Of a DNA stretch of 64,000 bases, positions 1-10,278 are shown piece after piece (positions within the stretch are counted from its first letter, which is position 1; each line of letters begins with the position of its first letter). The position numbers were made by a program, and so were the translations under genes. This stretch comes from a virus: positions 64,001 to 128,000 of IMG/VR virus record IMGVR_UViG_3300043570_001741, one strand, 5' to 3'. The notes under the pieces were generated by a model that had not been told where the DNA came from, did no database searches, and was given only the letters and a program-made list of their open reading frames with translations.

Positions 1-102
1 ATAGTTAAAAAAGAAGAAGTTATTAAGTACATTGAAAACTGTCCAGTACCAAAGGACATTATTGATGCACATAACGCAGCAGCTGCAATGGGTAAAAAAT
101 GA
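1..102 (+). CDS. C-terminal fragment of probable i-spanin (Rz-like)
   Basis: Frame 1 reads IVKKEEVIKYIENCPVPKDIIDAHNAAAAMGKK*, overlaps the start of a lipoprotein gene and precedes the endolysin. Confidence 0.5.
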   Translation: MVKKEEVIKYIENCPVPKDIIDAHNAAAAMGKK

Positions 103-365
103 AAGCTGTTATATTAACTATTACTTTTTTGTTGTCTGGTTGCACTATGTTTGTTCCTGTCAAAAGGAATTTCCCCGAAGCACCTGTTACTTTAATGGTT
201 AAATGTCCTCAGTTAGAAACTGTACAAGGTGATAAAGTTGCTATAACGGATATGTTGAAGACTATTGTTAACAACTACCGTTTATATTACGAATGCTCTA
301 ATCGTGTTGAAGGTTGGGGTGATTGGTACGTAGAACAAAAGAAAATATTCGATAGTGTTAAATAA
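99..365 (+). CDS. Lipoprotein, probable o-spanin (Rz1-like)
   Basis: Lipobox LLSGC, Pro-rich segment, extra Cys residues, lysis-cassette position. Confidence 0.65.
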   Translation: MKAVILTITFLLSGCTMFVPVKRNFPEAPVTLMVKCPQLETVQGDKVAITDMLKTIVNNYRLYYECSNRVEGWGDWYVEQKKIFDSVK

Positions 366-375
366 AGGATAAGAT

Positions 376-639
376 ATGAAACTAATAATTATTCCATTGA
401 GCCTTCTATTGTTAGTTGGCTGCGCTAGTAAAGATTATGCAGTATATGTTGATGCTCAAAAGTCTATGTCTAAAGACCTAACAATCAGCGAGACCGCAAG
501 ACTTGCCGCTTTGACAGATATGGCAAAGAATTCCGATCCAGCAGTTCGTGCTACTGGTATCATGTTACTGCAACAACTACAACAAGGTAGTAAAACTGTC
601 ACAGTTGAACCACCTAAGAAGAATTGGTTAGGCCTTTAA
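376..639 (+). CDS. Lipoprotein of unknown function
   Basis: Lipobox LLVGC, AAGGA RBS. Confidence 0.6.
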   Translation: MKLIIIPLSLLLLVGCASKDYAVYVDAQKSMSKDLTISETARLAALTDMAKNSDPAVRATGIMLLQQLQQGSKTVTVEPPKKNWLGL

Positions 640-648
640 GGATACAAA

Positions 649-1272
649 ATGGAATTAACAGTACAACAATTAAAACAACTATTACCAAAGAATCCATATG
701 TGGATCATTGGCACCATGCATTAGAACAGTTATTGCCTGACTATGAAATCAATACACCAGAACGTATTGCAGCCTTCATTGCTCAATGTGCTCATGAATC
801 TGGTGGTTTCACGGCACTCAAAGAGAATTTGAATTACAAAGCCGCATCTTTACGTAAACTATTTCCAAAGTATTTCCCTGATGATGCAACAGCAAGCCAC
901 TATGCATCACTACCAAACAAACAAGAAGCAATTGCGAACCGCATCTATGCCAGTCGCATGGGTAATGGTGATGAGGCCTCTGGTGATGGTTATCGGTTCT
1001 GTGGTCGTGGTCTGATTCAATTGACCGGCCGTGATAACTATACATTTTTTGCAGGCAGCTTAGAAATTTCTGTAGAAGAAGCAACTGAGTATTTGGCCAC
1101 ATTTGAAGGTGCCGCTCAATCAGCATGCTGGTTCTGGGAAACAAACAAACTTAATCAATGGGCAGACAAAGGTGATATTGTTACATTGACTAAGAGAATC
1201 AATGGCGGTACTATTGGACTTGAAGACCGTATCAAACATTATGAACACGCATTACATGTCTTAGGAGTTTAA
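649..1272 (+). CDS. Glycoside hydrolase family 19 endolysin
   Basis: FIAQCAHESGGF, ENLNY, GRGLIQLTG, INGG..GL.DR motifs. Confidence 0.92.
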   Translation: MELTVQQLKQLLPKNPYVDHWHHALEQLLPDYEINTPERIAAFIAQCAHESGGFTALKENLNYKAASLRKLFPKYFPDDATASHYASLPNKQEAIANRIYASRMGNGDEASGDGYRFCGRGLIQLTGRDNYTFFAGSLEISVEEATEYLATFEGAAQSACWFWETNKLNQWADKGDIVTLTKRINGGTIGLEDRIKHYEHALHVLGV

Positions 1273-1273
1273 G

Positions 1274-1798
1274 ATGGCCAAAGAAGTTAAAGAAGTAAAG
1301 AAAAAAGACGAAGATTGGATGACCAAAAAGTGGCGTCCAATGATGGCGATGATGTACATGGTATGCTGTCTTTTCGACTTTGCTTTATTTCCAATCATGT
1401 TCACAGTTGTTCAGTTCTGGGAAGTTCAGGCTGCTAATGATGCATTCAGACAATGGGTTCCAATTACATTGCAAGGCGGTGGATTGTTTCACGTTGCAAT
1501 GGGTGCCGTATTAGGTGTTTCAGCATATGGTCGTACACAAGAAAAGGTTGCAGGTGCAGCAAATGTTTCAACCGGTTTACCAACAGGCGGAGTTTCAACA
1601 CCTACACTATCTTCAGCAGTACCAATGCAAACCAGTTTTAACGCACCAATGCAGTCAAATGCTTACGCACCATCATTTGGCACACCAACAGGTTTCAACG
1701 GAACTTCACAACAAGATTTCAATCAACAACCAATCTCAGTAACAGTAGGCTTTGGCGGTAAAATGGCGCCACCAGCTGCACCTCAACCATTACTCTAA
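1274..1798 (+). CDS. Probable holin (3TM/GTA-holin-like)
   Basis: KWRP motif, hydrophobic helices, LGVSAYGRTQEK, directly after endolysin. Confidence 0.65.
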   Translation: MAKEVKEVKKKDEDWMTKKWRPMMAMMYMVCCLFDFALFPIMFTVVQFWEVQAANDAFRQWVPITLQGGGLFHVAMGAVLGVSAYGRTQEKVAGAANVSTGLPTGGVSTPTLSSAVPMQTSFNAPMQSNAYAPSFGTPTGFNGTSQQDFNQQPISVTVGFGGKMAPPAAPQPLL

Positions 1799-1807
1799 GG
1801 AACTATT

Positions 1808-2017
1808 ATGAAAAAAATTATATTTGTAGCAGGTTTATGTTTGGCATTATCAGGTCAGGCAATGGCTGAAGGTGAGACAAAGAAAGTTTGCGTTGACGTT
1901 AAAGACAAAGCAGGTAAGGTTGTCAATGACGCCAAAACAGGTAAACCAAAACAGTCTTGCAAAGAAATGAAAGTCCATAAGAAGTTGGAAGGTACTAAAG
2001 TGCCTGAGAAGAAGTAA
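1808..2017 (+). CDS. Small secreted Lys-rich protein
   Basis: Signal peptide ending AMA, two Cys, AAGGA RBS. Confidence 0.55.
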   Translation: MKKIIFVAGLCLALSGQAMAEGETKKVCVDVKDKAGKVVNDAKTGKPKQSCKEMKVHKKLEGTKVPEKK

Positions 2018-2451
2018 TGTCTGACCAAGAGCTTGTTGACTTAAAGGTAGATGCTGGTGTTTTAAAGACCCAAGTATCGACAATAATCATCCTTTGTGAT
2101 AAGATGGACAAAGTTATTGAAAAGTTAGCTAACGCTCAAGAAAAGATTGTCGAACAAATTTATACCGATATGAGAAAACGAGAAGATGAAAAGGACGCTG
2201 ATGTGAAAGAATTACATTCACGAATTACCACAATCAGCCGTGAGTTATCTGATAAGGTAGAATTAACTGAGCGTAGGATTATGGATGAAATCAAATGCCT
2301 ACGCAACGACATTGCCGAACACAACAAGAAAGAAGATTCTGAACTGAAGAAGATTCTCGAATGGAAATGGATGGCTGCAGGTGGTATAGTGGCACTTGCG
2401 TGGTTGTTCTCACATGTTAACCTAGATATGCTCGGCAAATTAGTTAATTAA
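2017..2451 (+). CDS. Coiled-coil protein with C-terminal TM helix
   Basis: Heptad-rich body, WMAAGGIVALAWLF. Confidence 0.55.
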   Translation: MSDQELVDLKVDAGVLKTQVSTIIILCDKMDKVIEKLANAQEKIVEQIYTDMRKREDEKDADVKELHSRITTISRELSDKVELTERRIMDEIKCLRNDIAEHNKKEDSELKKILEWKWMAAGGIVALAWLFSHVNLDMLGKLVN

Positions 2452-2453
2452 AC

Positions 2454-2482
2454 TTGACAAACACCTTCGAGTGTGTTATATT
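2454..2482 (+). promoter_or_regulatory. sigma70-type promoter for primase block
   Basis: TTGACA-17-TATATT with TG extension. Confidence 0.6.
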
Positions 2483-2490
2483 ATGAGTCT

Positions 2491-3522
2491 ATGTCAATAT
2501 CTACAGATTCAAAATATATCAAACTGGTGTCTTCCCGCTTGCGTAACTTCAAGCAGAAAGATGCCTATCTATGGAACTTCTCTTGCCCTATTTGTGGTGA
2601 CAGCCAAAAGAACAAATTAAAGGCAAGAGGGTATGTGTTCAAAAAAGGCAATGATTTATTCTATCGTTGCCACAACTGTGGTTCTGGAGTAAATCTTGCC
2701 AACCTTCTCAAGCATGTCGATTCAGCCTTGCACAAAGAGTACGTTCTTGAAAGATACAAATCAGGAGAATCGGGAGCGACACGCCTTCTACCAGAAGCGA
2801 TTTCAGTCCCATCTCCAAGATTTGGAAAAGTCGAGAGAGTTCGTACCTACGAAAAGGCAGAATATTGTGACCGCCTTCAAAGTGGACATTTTTGTTTAGA
2901 GTATCTCCAACGCAGGCAGATACCTGAGAAGTATTACAAATCGTTACTATTTACTAATAAGTACAGACAATTTGTAATTGAGGCATTTCCTACGAATGAT
3001 AAAGATATTGTAGATGATGCTCGTCTGGTCATTCCCTTCTATGACCAATACAATGAACTGATTGCTCTATCTGGTCGTGCATTAGAAAATTCTAGTGACA
3101 AACTACGATATGTGACAGTTAGAACCAATGATAGTACAGACAAACTTATCTATGGTTTGGATAGAGTCGACCTAACCAAACCAGTTAAGATTGTAGAAGG
3201 TCCTATCGATTCCCTTTTCCTTAATAACTGTGTTGCCTCTGGTGATTCAAGTCTAGCTATTGCTGCTAAATTTGTTGATGCAGAACAAAAAATATTATTA
3301 TTTGATAATGAACCTCGAAATAAAGAGATTGTGAAGTTAATGCAAGATGCAATCAAATTAGGTCACAATGTTGTCATTTGGCCTAATACTATGAATGGCA
3401 AGGATATTAATGAGATGGTGATGAATGGCATTTCGGTGGATGAAATAGAAAGTATTATAAGTAGTAACACCTTCACAGGTCTTGAGGCGCAAGCCAAATT
3501 TACATTTTGGAAGAAAATATGA
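2491..3522 (+). CDS. 61: T4-like DNA primase (gp61)
   Basis: CPICGDS...CHNC zinc finger, TOPRIM VEGPIDSLF, DNEPRN, KDINEM. Confidence 0.93.
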   Translation: MSISTDSKYIKLVSSRLRNFKQKDAYLWNFSCPICGDSQKNKLKARGYVFKKGNDLFYRCHNCGSGVNLANLLKHVDSALHKEYVLERYKSGESGATRLLPEAISVPSPRFGKVERVRTYEKAEYCDRLQSGHFCLEYLQRRQIPEKYYKSLLFTNKYRQFVIEAFPTNDKDIVDDARLVIPFYDQYNELIALSGRALENSSDKLRYVTVRTNDSTDKLIYGLDRVDLTKPVKIVEGPIDSLFLNNCVASGDSSLAIAAKFVDAEQKILLFDNEPRNKEIVKLMQDAIKLGHNVVIWPNTMNGKDINEMVMNGISVDEIESIISSNTFTGLEAQAKFTFWKKI

Positions 3523-4199
3523 AGATAGAATTGATTAGTTATTCTCAACGTCCAGCTGGAGTTGACCACGATGATACGTTAACAGATTTGGTAGCATACT
3601 GTGCAAGGGTCTCAAACCCAAGTAATCAGAACAATAAAGATACCGCTGAGAAGTTGATTCGCTATTTGGTCAATAACCAACATTGGTCGCCACTTGAGAT
3701 GGTGAGTATGTGTTTAGAAATCGAAACTACACGGGATATTGCAAGGCAAATGCTGAGACACAGGTCATTTTCATTCCAAGAATATAGTCAACGATATGCT
3801 GACCCTACAAAGGACTTGGAATTTGTAACAAGAGATGCTCGCAAACAAGATAATAAAAATAGACAAAACAGCATAGACTTAGACATTCAAAATAACGATT
3901 CGGATAGGTTCCTACAATATCAATGGGAACGTATGCAAGAAAATGTTATTAAACAATCTCAAAATGCTTACGAATGGGCAATAGTAAAAGGTATTGCCAA
4001 AGAGCAGGCTCGTGCAGTATTACCAGAAGGCCTGACTGTTTCACGTTTGTATATGAACGGAACTTTGCGTTCTTGGATTCACTATATACAACTCCGTTCC
4101 GCTAACGGCACACAAAAAGAACACATGGACATAGCACTCAAATGTGCAGAAGTAATTGCCAAAGTATTTCCGATGGCAAATGAGTATATCACAAAATAA
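3519..4199 (+). CDS. thyX: Flavin-dependent thymidylate synthase
   Basis: HWSPLE, RHRSFSFQEYSQRY, EQARAVLP motifs. Confidence 0.95.
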   Translation: MKIELISYSQRPAGVDHDDTLTDLVAYCARVSNPSNQNNKDTAEKLIRYLVNNQHWSPLEMVSMCLEIETTRDIARQMLRHRSFSFQEYSQRYADPTKDLEFVTRDARKQDNKNRQNSIDLDIQNNDSDRFLQYQWERMQENVIKQSQNAYEWAIVKGIAKEQARAVLPEGLTVSRLYMNGTLRSWIHYIQLRSANGTQKEHMDIALKCAEVIAKVFPMANEYITK

Positions 4200-4216
4200 T
4201 AATAATTGGAGTAATA

Positions 4217-6007
4217 ATGAATATCATTCATGGTATTAAGGTAGACTATTCTCGGGACAATTTGTTCGATGAATTGGGTCATAAAAGATTAAAAGAAAGC
4301 TACATGAAGGAGGATGAGGTATCACCACAAGAAAGGTTTGCTTATGTTTCAAAATCGTTTGGGTCTAACGAAGCACATGCACAACGTTTGTATGAGTATT
4401 CTAGTAAGCATTGGCTTTCCTATTCTACACCTGTGCTCAGTTTTGGGCGTTCTAAGCGTGGCTTGCCTATATCATGTTTCTTACCTTATCTACACGATAG
4501 TGCAGAAGGCCTTGTCGATTGTTTGGCGGAAGTAAATTGGCTCAGTATGCTGGGCGGAGGAGTTGGAATTGGAATTGGAATCAGGTCTACAGATGATAAA
4601 AGCGTTGGCGTTATGCCTCATCTTCGCACTTATGACGCTAGTAGTTTGGCATACAGACAGGGGAGGACGAGGAGGGGGTCTTATGCTGCTTATCTTGATG
4701 TTTCTCATCCCGATATTCTTATCTTTTTAGAGATGCGTAAGCCGACTGGTGATCCCAATATGCGATGTATGAACCTACATCATGGTATCAATATTACTGA
4801 TGACTTCATGCAAATCGTTGAGAGGTGTATGCTAGATAAAGATGCTGATGATTCATGGGAACTAAAAGACCCTAACAACAATGAGGTGCGTGAAGTTGTA
4901 TCAGCCAAAGACCTTTGGCAACGTATCTTAGAAATGCGTATGCATACTGGTGAACCTTACTTACACTTCATTGATGCAAGTAATCGTGCCATGCCTGAGT
5001 TTCAAAAGAAACTAGGCCTAAGTATTAAACAATCGAATTTGTGTAGTGAAATTATATTACCGACTGATAAAGACCGTACTGCTGTATGTTGCTTATCGTC
5101 ACTAAATTTGGAGTATTATGATGATTGGAAATCTGACAAACTTTTTCTTCGGGACGTTGCTGAGATGCTTGATAACGTTCTCCAGTATTTCATTGATAAT
5201 GCTCCTGACAGCATATCAAGAGCAAAATATTCAGCTAGCCGTGAACGCTCTATTGGTATTGGCGCCCTCGGCTATCATGCTTATCTACAGAAGAATTCAA
5301 TCCCGTGGGAATCAGCATTGGCAACAGGCCGAAACATTCAAATCTTCAAATACATAAGAGAACAATTAGATGATGCAAATATCCAATTGGGTACCGAAAG
5401 AGGCGAAGCACCCGATGCGGCAGGTACTGGACGGCGTTTCTCTCATATGCTTGCTATTGCTCCTAACGCTTCTTCTTCTATTATTATGGGTAATACTTCT
5501 CCCTCTATTGAGCCCTTACGTGCGAATGCGTATAGACAAGATACTCTCAGCGGTTCTTCCTTGAATAAGAACAAGTGGCTTGATAGAATCATCAAGGGAC
5601 TTACGCAAACTCAAAATGAGTACAATGATATCTGGTCATCTATCATTGCGAATGATGGCTCTGTACAACATTTAACTTGGTTGTCAGATTGGGAGAAAGA
5701 TGTATTCAAAACCTCAATGGAAATTGACCAACGATGGGTTATTCAACATGCAGCTGATAGACAACAGTATATTGACCAGGCTCAATCATTGAACCTATTC
5801 TTTAGACCTGATGTGAACGTAAAGTATCTACATGCAGTACATTTTCAAGCATGGAAACAAGGCCTGAAAACACTATACTATTGCCGTAGTGAGAAGTTGG
5901 CCAAGGCAGATAAAGTGTCGAAGCGTATTGAACGCCAAGTTATTGAAGAAATTGACTTGAAAGCTCTTGCGGCCGATGATTCAGTTTGTTTGGCTTGTGA
6001 GGGATAA
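4217..6007 (+). CDS. nrdA: Class I ribonucleotide reductase alpha subunit (no ATP cone)
   Basis: PISCF, NLCSEI, IAPNASSS, KTLYY, C-terminal CLACEG. Confidence 0.95.
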   Translation: MNIIHGIKVDYSRDNLFDELGHKRLKESYMKEDEVSPQERFAYVSKSFGSNEAHAQRLYEYSSKHWLSYSTPVLSFGRSKRGLPISCFLPYLHDSAEGLVDCLAEVNWLSMLGGGVGIGIGIRSTDDKSVGVMPHLRTYDASSLAYRQGRTRRGSYAAYLDVSHPDILIFLEMRKPTGDPNMRCMNLHHGINITDDFMQIVERCMLDKDADDSWELKDPNNNEVREVVSAKDLWQRILEMRMHTGEPYLHFIDASNRAMPEFQKKLGLSIKQSNLCSEIILPTDKDRTAVCCLSSLNLEYYDDWKSDKLFLRDVAEMLDNVLQYFIDNAPDSISRAKYSASRERSIGIGALGYHAYLQKNSIPWESALATGRNIQIFKYIREQLDDANIQLGTERGEAPDAAGTGRRFSHMLAIAPNASSSIIMGNTSPSIEPLRANAYRQDTLSGSSLNKNKWLDRIIKGLTQTQNEYNDIWSSIIANDGSVQHLTWLSDWEKDVFKTSMEIDQRWVIQHAADRQQYIDQAQSLNLFFRPDVNVKYLHAVHFQAWKQGLKTLYYCRSEKLAKADKVSKRIERQVIEEIDLKALAADDSVCLACEG

Positions 6008-6646
6008 ATGTCTCACATTATTGCAAATTTACCACCGGTAAAGTGTTTTGTGCATAAAGAATTCTTATATGATTTTGAAAAAGGATTTGGTGAACTTGTT
6101 CCTTGCTGGTGGGTAAGTATTAAATCTCTGAGAGGACAAGCCTTTCGTATTGAATCATATTTAAATGAATATGGTGCTTTGTATGATAAATTGCCAATTA
6201 GTGCATACTGTTGGAAACCAATTGAAGGCGAACCGTTACCATTAGATTGTCTGCAATTATGGGATTGTTTAAGTTATGATATTACTGTATTGAAGAAAGC
6301 ACAACTTCAATCTATGAAATGTAAATTTAAACTAAAGACAGGAGACTGGATGTACGGTGAATATATGTTCACAATAGATTCAGCTCATCCAGATTTTAAT
6401 GTTATAGATACTGGCTTCTCTGAAGATGTTGAGGACCATAAGTCATATAACTTTATTAAATGTGACAATGGACAATTTGCGTGTCAACCAAATAATAGAA
6501 TGATTGTATTTGAACCTTCAAGTAATCCTAAAGAATTAAAATATCCAGACTTTAAAGTATCAACCAAAAAATGGTCTGTTGAAACCGAAGCCAAATGGTC
6601 TCTCGGTGACACAGACACTTACATGTATGAAAGAAAAGAAAAATGA
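6008..6646 (+). CDS. Hypothetical protein between nrdA and thioredoxin
   Basis: 212-aa ORF translationally coupled on both sides. Confidence 0.6.
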   Translation: MSHIIANLPPVKCFVHKEFLYDFEKGFGELVPCWWVSIKSLRGQAFRIESYLNEYGALYDKLPISAYCWKPIEGEPLPLDCLQLWDCLSYDITVLKKAQLQSMKCKFKLKTGDWMYGEYMFTIDSAHPDFNVIDTGFSEDVEDHKSYNFIKCDNGQFACQPNNRMIVFEPSSNPKELKYPDFKVSTKKWSVETEAKWSLGDTDTYMYERKEK

Positions 6647-6888
6647 AAAAAGTAATAAGATTTACCGCCTCATGGTGCCAACCATGTAAAATGTTGGCTA
6701 AAACATTAGAAGATGTACAGACCAACTTACCAATTGAAATTGTCGATATTGATAAAGATTCTGATGTTGCAATCGAATATGGCATTCGTGGTGTGCCAAC
6801 ATTGGTTATGGTTGAAGATGGTACGATATTGAAACGCTTAGTTGGTATGCAGAACACAAAACAATTACAGGAATGGTTCAATGATTAA
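6643..6888 (+). CDS. trxA: Thioredoxin
   Basis: WCQPC active site, GIRGVPTL. Confidence 0.9.
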   Translation: MKKVIRFTASWCQPCKMLAKTLEDVQTNLPIEIVDIDKDSDVAIEYGIRGVPTLVMVEDGTILKRLVGMQNTKQLQEWFND

Positions 6889-7864
6889 AAAAACTAACAG
6901 CCGATTGACCGATGAGCGGTCAGCATTCAAACCCTTTAATTATCCATGGGCATATGATGCATGGTTGAAACATGAACAATCACATTGGTTGCATACGGAA
7001 GTACCAATGGCTGAAGATGTTAAAGATTGGAAAAAGAAACTATCTACAAGTGAGAAAGAGTTTTTGACCAATATTTTCCGTTTCTTTACACAAGGTGATA
7101 TTGACGTTGCAGGGGGTTATGTTAATAATTACTTGCCATATTTTCCACAACCAGAAGTTCGAATGATGTTGTTAGGCTTTGCAGCTCGTGAAGCATTACA
7201 CATTGCGGCTTATAGCCACTTGATTGAAACTCTTGGCCTGCCTGATACCACATACAACCAATTTATGGAGTATCAGGAGATGAAGGACAAACACGATTAT
7301 GTGATGAACATCTCAGCTCAGAATACTACAAAAGAAAATACAGCAACACATATTGCCGTGTTCTCAGCATTCACAGAGGGTATGCAACTGTTCAGCTCAT
7401 TTGTTATGTTGTTGAATTTCCCACGTACAGGTAAAATGAAGGGTATGGGTCAAATTGTTACTTGGTCTATTGTTGATGAAACAATGCATGCCGAGAACAT
7501 GATGAAGTTATTTAAGACCTATATACAAGAAAACAATGAAATCTGGAATGATGATTTGAAATCTAGAATCTACACCATTGCTGAAAAAATGGTTGAACTA
7601 GAAGATAAATTTATTGATTTGGCATTTAGTAGTGGTGAGATGGAAGGTCTTACAGCGGATGAATTGAAGAAATACATCCGTTACATTGCTGATAGAAGAC
7701 TCATTGGCCTTGGTATGAAAGGCATTTTTAAAGTTAAACGTAATCCACTCCCATGGGTTGAAGAAATGATTAATGCACCAACGCATACTAATTTCTTTGA
7801 GAACCGGTCTACTGACTATGCTAAGGCTGCTCATACTGGTACATGGGATAATGTGTGGGCTTAA
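6881..7864 (+). CDS. nrdB: Ribonucleotide reductase beta subunit
   Basis: FFTQGD, REALH, EGMQLFSSF, DETMH, NFFE. Confidence 0.95.
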   Translation: MIKKTNSRLTDERSAFKPFNYPWAYDAWLKHEQSHWLHTEVPMAEDVKDWKKKLSTSEKEFLTNIFRFFTQGDIDVAGGYVNNYLPYFPQPEVRMMLLGFAAREALHIAAYSHLIETLGLPDTTYNQFMEYQEMKDKHDYVMNISAQNTTKENTATHIAVFSAFTEGMQLFSSFVMLLNFPRTGKMKGMGQIVTWSIVDETMHAENMMKLFKTYIQENNEIWNDDLKSRIYTIAEKMVELEDKFIDLAFSSGEMEGLTADELKKYIRYIADRRLIGLGMKGIFKVKRNPLPWVEEMINAPTHTNFFENRSTDYAKAAHTGTWDNVWA

Positions 7865-7891
7865 TTTAAATACAACAAAAAAAGGATTAAT

Positions 7892-8329
7892 ATGAAAAAA
7901 TTACTAGTTATCGCACTTATGGTGCCTTTCATTGCTTTTGCTCAGGGCAAACAAAAACCTGGTGTGACATATGATGCAGTATTGACCAGAGTGGTTGATG
8001 GTGATACAGTTGCATTTCAAGCCAACTTTCTACCTGAACCACTAAAGAAAGAACTTAGCATTCGTGTCTTTGGTGTTGATACACCAGAGAAAGGCCATCG
8101 TGCATTGTGCCCTAGTGAGGCCACAAGAGGTGAAGCTGCAAGTGCTTTCACTAAGGCAGCCGTAAATGCTTCAACTAAGCGCCAAGTTGTCCTAATGGAT
8201 TGGGACAAGTATGGTGGCCGTGTGTTGGGTGATGTATTACTTGATGGTAAAAGTTTGCGCCAAATGTTAATTTCAAATGGCTTTGCCCGTGAATACTATG
8301 GCGAGGCAAAACAAAGCTGGTGTAACTAA
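7892..8329 (+). CDS. Thermonuclease (SNase-like) with signal peptide
   Basis: VVDGDT, IRVFGVDTPE, DKYGGRVLG. Confidence 0.88.
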   Translation: MKKLLVIALMVPFIAFAQGKQKPGVTYDAVLTRVVDGDTVAFQANFLPEPLKKELSIRVFGVDTPEKGHRALCPSEATRGEAASAFTKAAVNASTKRQVVLMDWDKYGGRVLGDVLLDGKSLRQMLISNGFAREYYGEAKQSWCN

Positions 8330-8475
8330 TGGCTACACTACATCACGTATGCGATAACTGCGATTCACAATTCACAATCAAATATGATGTGGAAAAATGT
8401 GAAGATGATCCTCACTTCTGTCCATTCTGTAGCGAATACATACTAGAGAATGACACAGAAGATGAGGATGATTAA
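8329..8475 (+). CDS. Small zinc-ribbon protein (48 aa, not in ORF track)
   Basis: MATLHHVCDNCDS...FCPFCSE, acidic tail, TAATG coupling at both ends. Confidence 0.7.
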   Translation: MATLHHVCDNCDSQFTIKYDVEKCEDDPHFCPFCSEYILENDTEDEDD

Positions 8476-8876
8476 TGTGGTTATATAACAATATAGAATT
8501 TACAGAAGACATGGTTGGTGATTGGTTTGGGTATATCTACGAAATCACCAACCTCATCGATGGCCGCAAGTATGTGGGTAAGAAATTATTCACACGAGCT
8601 GGTACAAAACAAATCAAAGGTAAAAAGAAAAAGGTTCGCCTTTCCTCTGGATGGGCGAACTATTGGTCTTCGTCCAGAGAATTGCAAGAAGATGTTAAAA
8701 AACTAGGAGAGAAGAACTTCAGTCGTAAGATATTGTACCTATGTAAAACTAGGTCAGAATGTTCATATAGAGAAACTAAGGAGATTTTTATCAGAGATGC
8801 ACTACTAACCACGGAGTATTATAATAGTTGGGTTTCGTGTAAGATACACAAGGCTCACGTATTGAATAAACTATGA
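8475..8876 (+). CDS. GIY-YIG family endonuclease
   Basis: GYIYEITNLIDGRKYVGKK, YWSSS, YYN motifs. Confidence 0.85.
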   Translation: MWLYNNIEFTEDMVGDWFGYIYEITNLIDGRKYVGKKLFTRAGTKQIKGKKKKVRLSSGWANYWSSSRELQEDVKKLGEKNFSRKILYLCKTRSECSYRETKEIFIRDALLTTEYYNSWVSCKIHKAHVLNKL

Positions 8877-8920
8877 AACATTGTAAAGAACCTGATTCGT
8901 TACCTAAGAGAAGGAAAACC

Positions 8921-9667
8921 ATGGCTCGTAAGACAACCGCCAATACAATCATTGAAACCGAAAGAGTTTCAAGACCATCCAATCACCTCAGACTGAGGCT
9001 TGATGACCTTAAAACATTTGACCCGTTGACAGAAAATCAAAAACTATTCTTTGATGCATACAAACGTGGAGATTATTTTGTAGCACTACATGGTGTTGCA
9101 GGTACAGGTAAAACCTTTTGTGCCTTGTATAAGGCCATTGAAGAAGTCATGGACAAATCTAACCCATTTGCTAAGATTATTATTGTTCGCTCTGCCGTAC
9201 AGAGCCGTGAGATTGGTCACCTGCCAGGTGATGTAAATGAGAAGATGGAAATCTATCAACAACCGTATCGCCAAATCTGTGAGACACTATTTGGTCGCAA
9301 GGACGCATGGGATAGACTAGAGGAACAAGGCCACATTGAATTCATATCTACATCATTCATTCGTGGTATGTCCTTTGATGATGCTATCATTATCGTGGAT
9401 GAGATGCAGAATATGACCTTTGAAGAAATAGATACAGTTATGACCCGTGTTGGTTACCGCTCAAAGATTATATGGTGTGGTGATTACAGGCAGACCGACC
9501 TGAATAAGAAGAAGAATGACGTAACAGGCATTCTCAAATTCTTTGATGTAGCACACCACATGAATGCCTTCACTCGCATTGAGTTTACACCTGATGACAT
9601 TGTACGCTCATCATTGGTTAAAGATTACATTCTTGCCAAACTACAATATGAGGATGCAATGGACTAA
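8921..9667 (+). CDS. phoH: PhoH family ATPase
   Basis: GVAGTGKT, IGHLPG, RGMSF, DEMQN, GDYRQTD, VRSSLV. Confidence 0.93.
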   Translation: MARKTTANTIIETERVSRPSNHLRLRLDDLKTFDPLTENQKLFFDAYKRGDYFVALHGVAGTGKTFCALYKAIEEVMDKSNPFAKIIIVRSAVQSREIGHLPGDVNEKMEIYQQPYRQICETLFGRKDAWDRLEEQGHIEFISTSFIRGMSFDDAIIIVDEMQNMTFEEIDTVMTRVGYRSKIIWCGDYRQTDLNKKKNDVTGILKFFDVAHHMNAFTRIEFTPDDIVRSSLVKDYILAKLQYEDAMD

Positions 9668-9695
9668 GGCAATAGAGTTCGGACTCTAGTGAAAA

Positions 9696-9727
9696 ATGTT
9701 GCAGCTGCACATATATAATAGTATAAT
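9696..9727 (+). promoter_or_regulatory. Near-palindrome ATGTTGCAGCTGCACAT followed by TATAAT boxes (possible PhaR-type operator)
   Basis: Inverted repeat at 9696-9712, TATAAT at 9714 and 9722. Confidence 0.4.
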
Positions 9728-9746
9728 CACTAATATCGTAAACACT

Positions 9747-9905
9747 ATGTTCAAACTCTTTTCTTACCTATTATCCTTCTTTGAAGGCACCAGTTACCAA
9801 TCACGCTTGGACAGATACCTTTCCAATCGTAGTGTAACTGATGCATCACAGCTAGAATACTATGTCAGAGAGTTTGAACGTAATCAACATAAGGCATATC
9901 TGTGA
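9747..9905 (+). CDS. Small protein resembling DUF3563 family
   Basis: YL..S..D..QLE...R.FER pattern recalled for DUF3563. Confidence 0.45.
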   Translation: MFKLFSYLLSFFEGTSYQSRLDRYLSNRSVTDASQLEYYVREFERNQHKAYL

Positions 9906-10029
9906 AAAACATTCTAAACACTATTTACAAAGCATTTGTAACCCTTGGTAGTTTCACTAAGGAATACCGAGAAACCAAATACGGTGCATACCGCACCGGC
10001 AAATAACCTATCGTCTAAGGAGATAAACC

Positions 10030-10278
10030 ATGGCCAATTCTATTTTTACACCATTATATTTTGCAAACTACTTCGTTGACCAAGTACAAGATGCAAAGAA
10101 CAAGGTCGTTGACACATTCGTGTTTGATGACAAAATCAAAGAATCTATTAAAGATTTCGTTGAAGCACAACGCTCATTCACAAAACAAGTGAACCGTACA
10201 ACCAATGAGGTGGCTGAGTTGACTACAGTAACTCTCAAAGAAATGGCTGAGAAGACAGTCAAAGCCGCTAAGATTTAA
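10030..10278 (+). CDS. Small helical protein, possibly phasin-like
   Basis: Strong RBS TAAGGAG, amphipathic helical composition. Confidence 0.4.
   Translation: MANSIFTPLYFANYFVDQVQDAKNKVVDTFVFDDKIKESIKDFVEAQRSFTKQVNRTTNEVAELTTVTLKEMAEKTVKAAKI

Noticed and set aside
4217-7864. Introns or inteins in nrdA/nrdB
   Set aside because: Both ORFs are continuous and of normal length, with no splicing motifs
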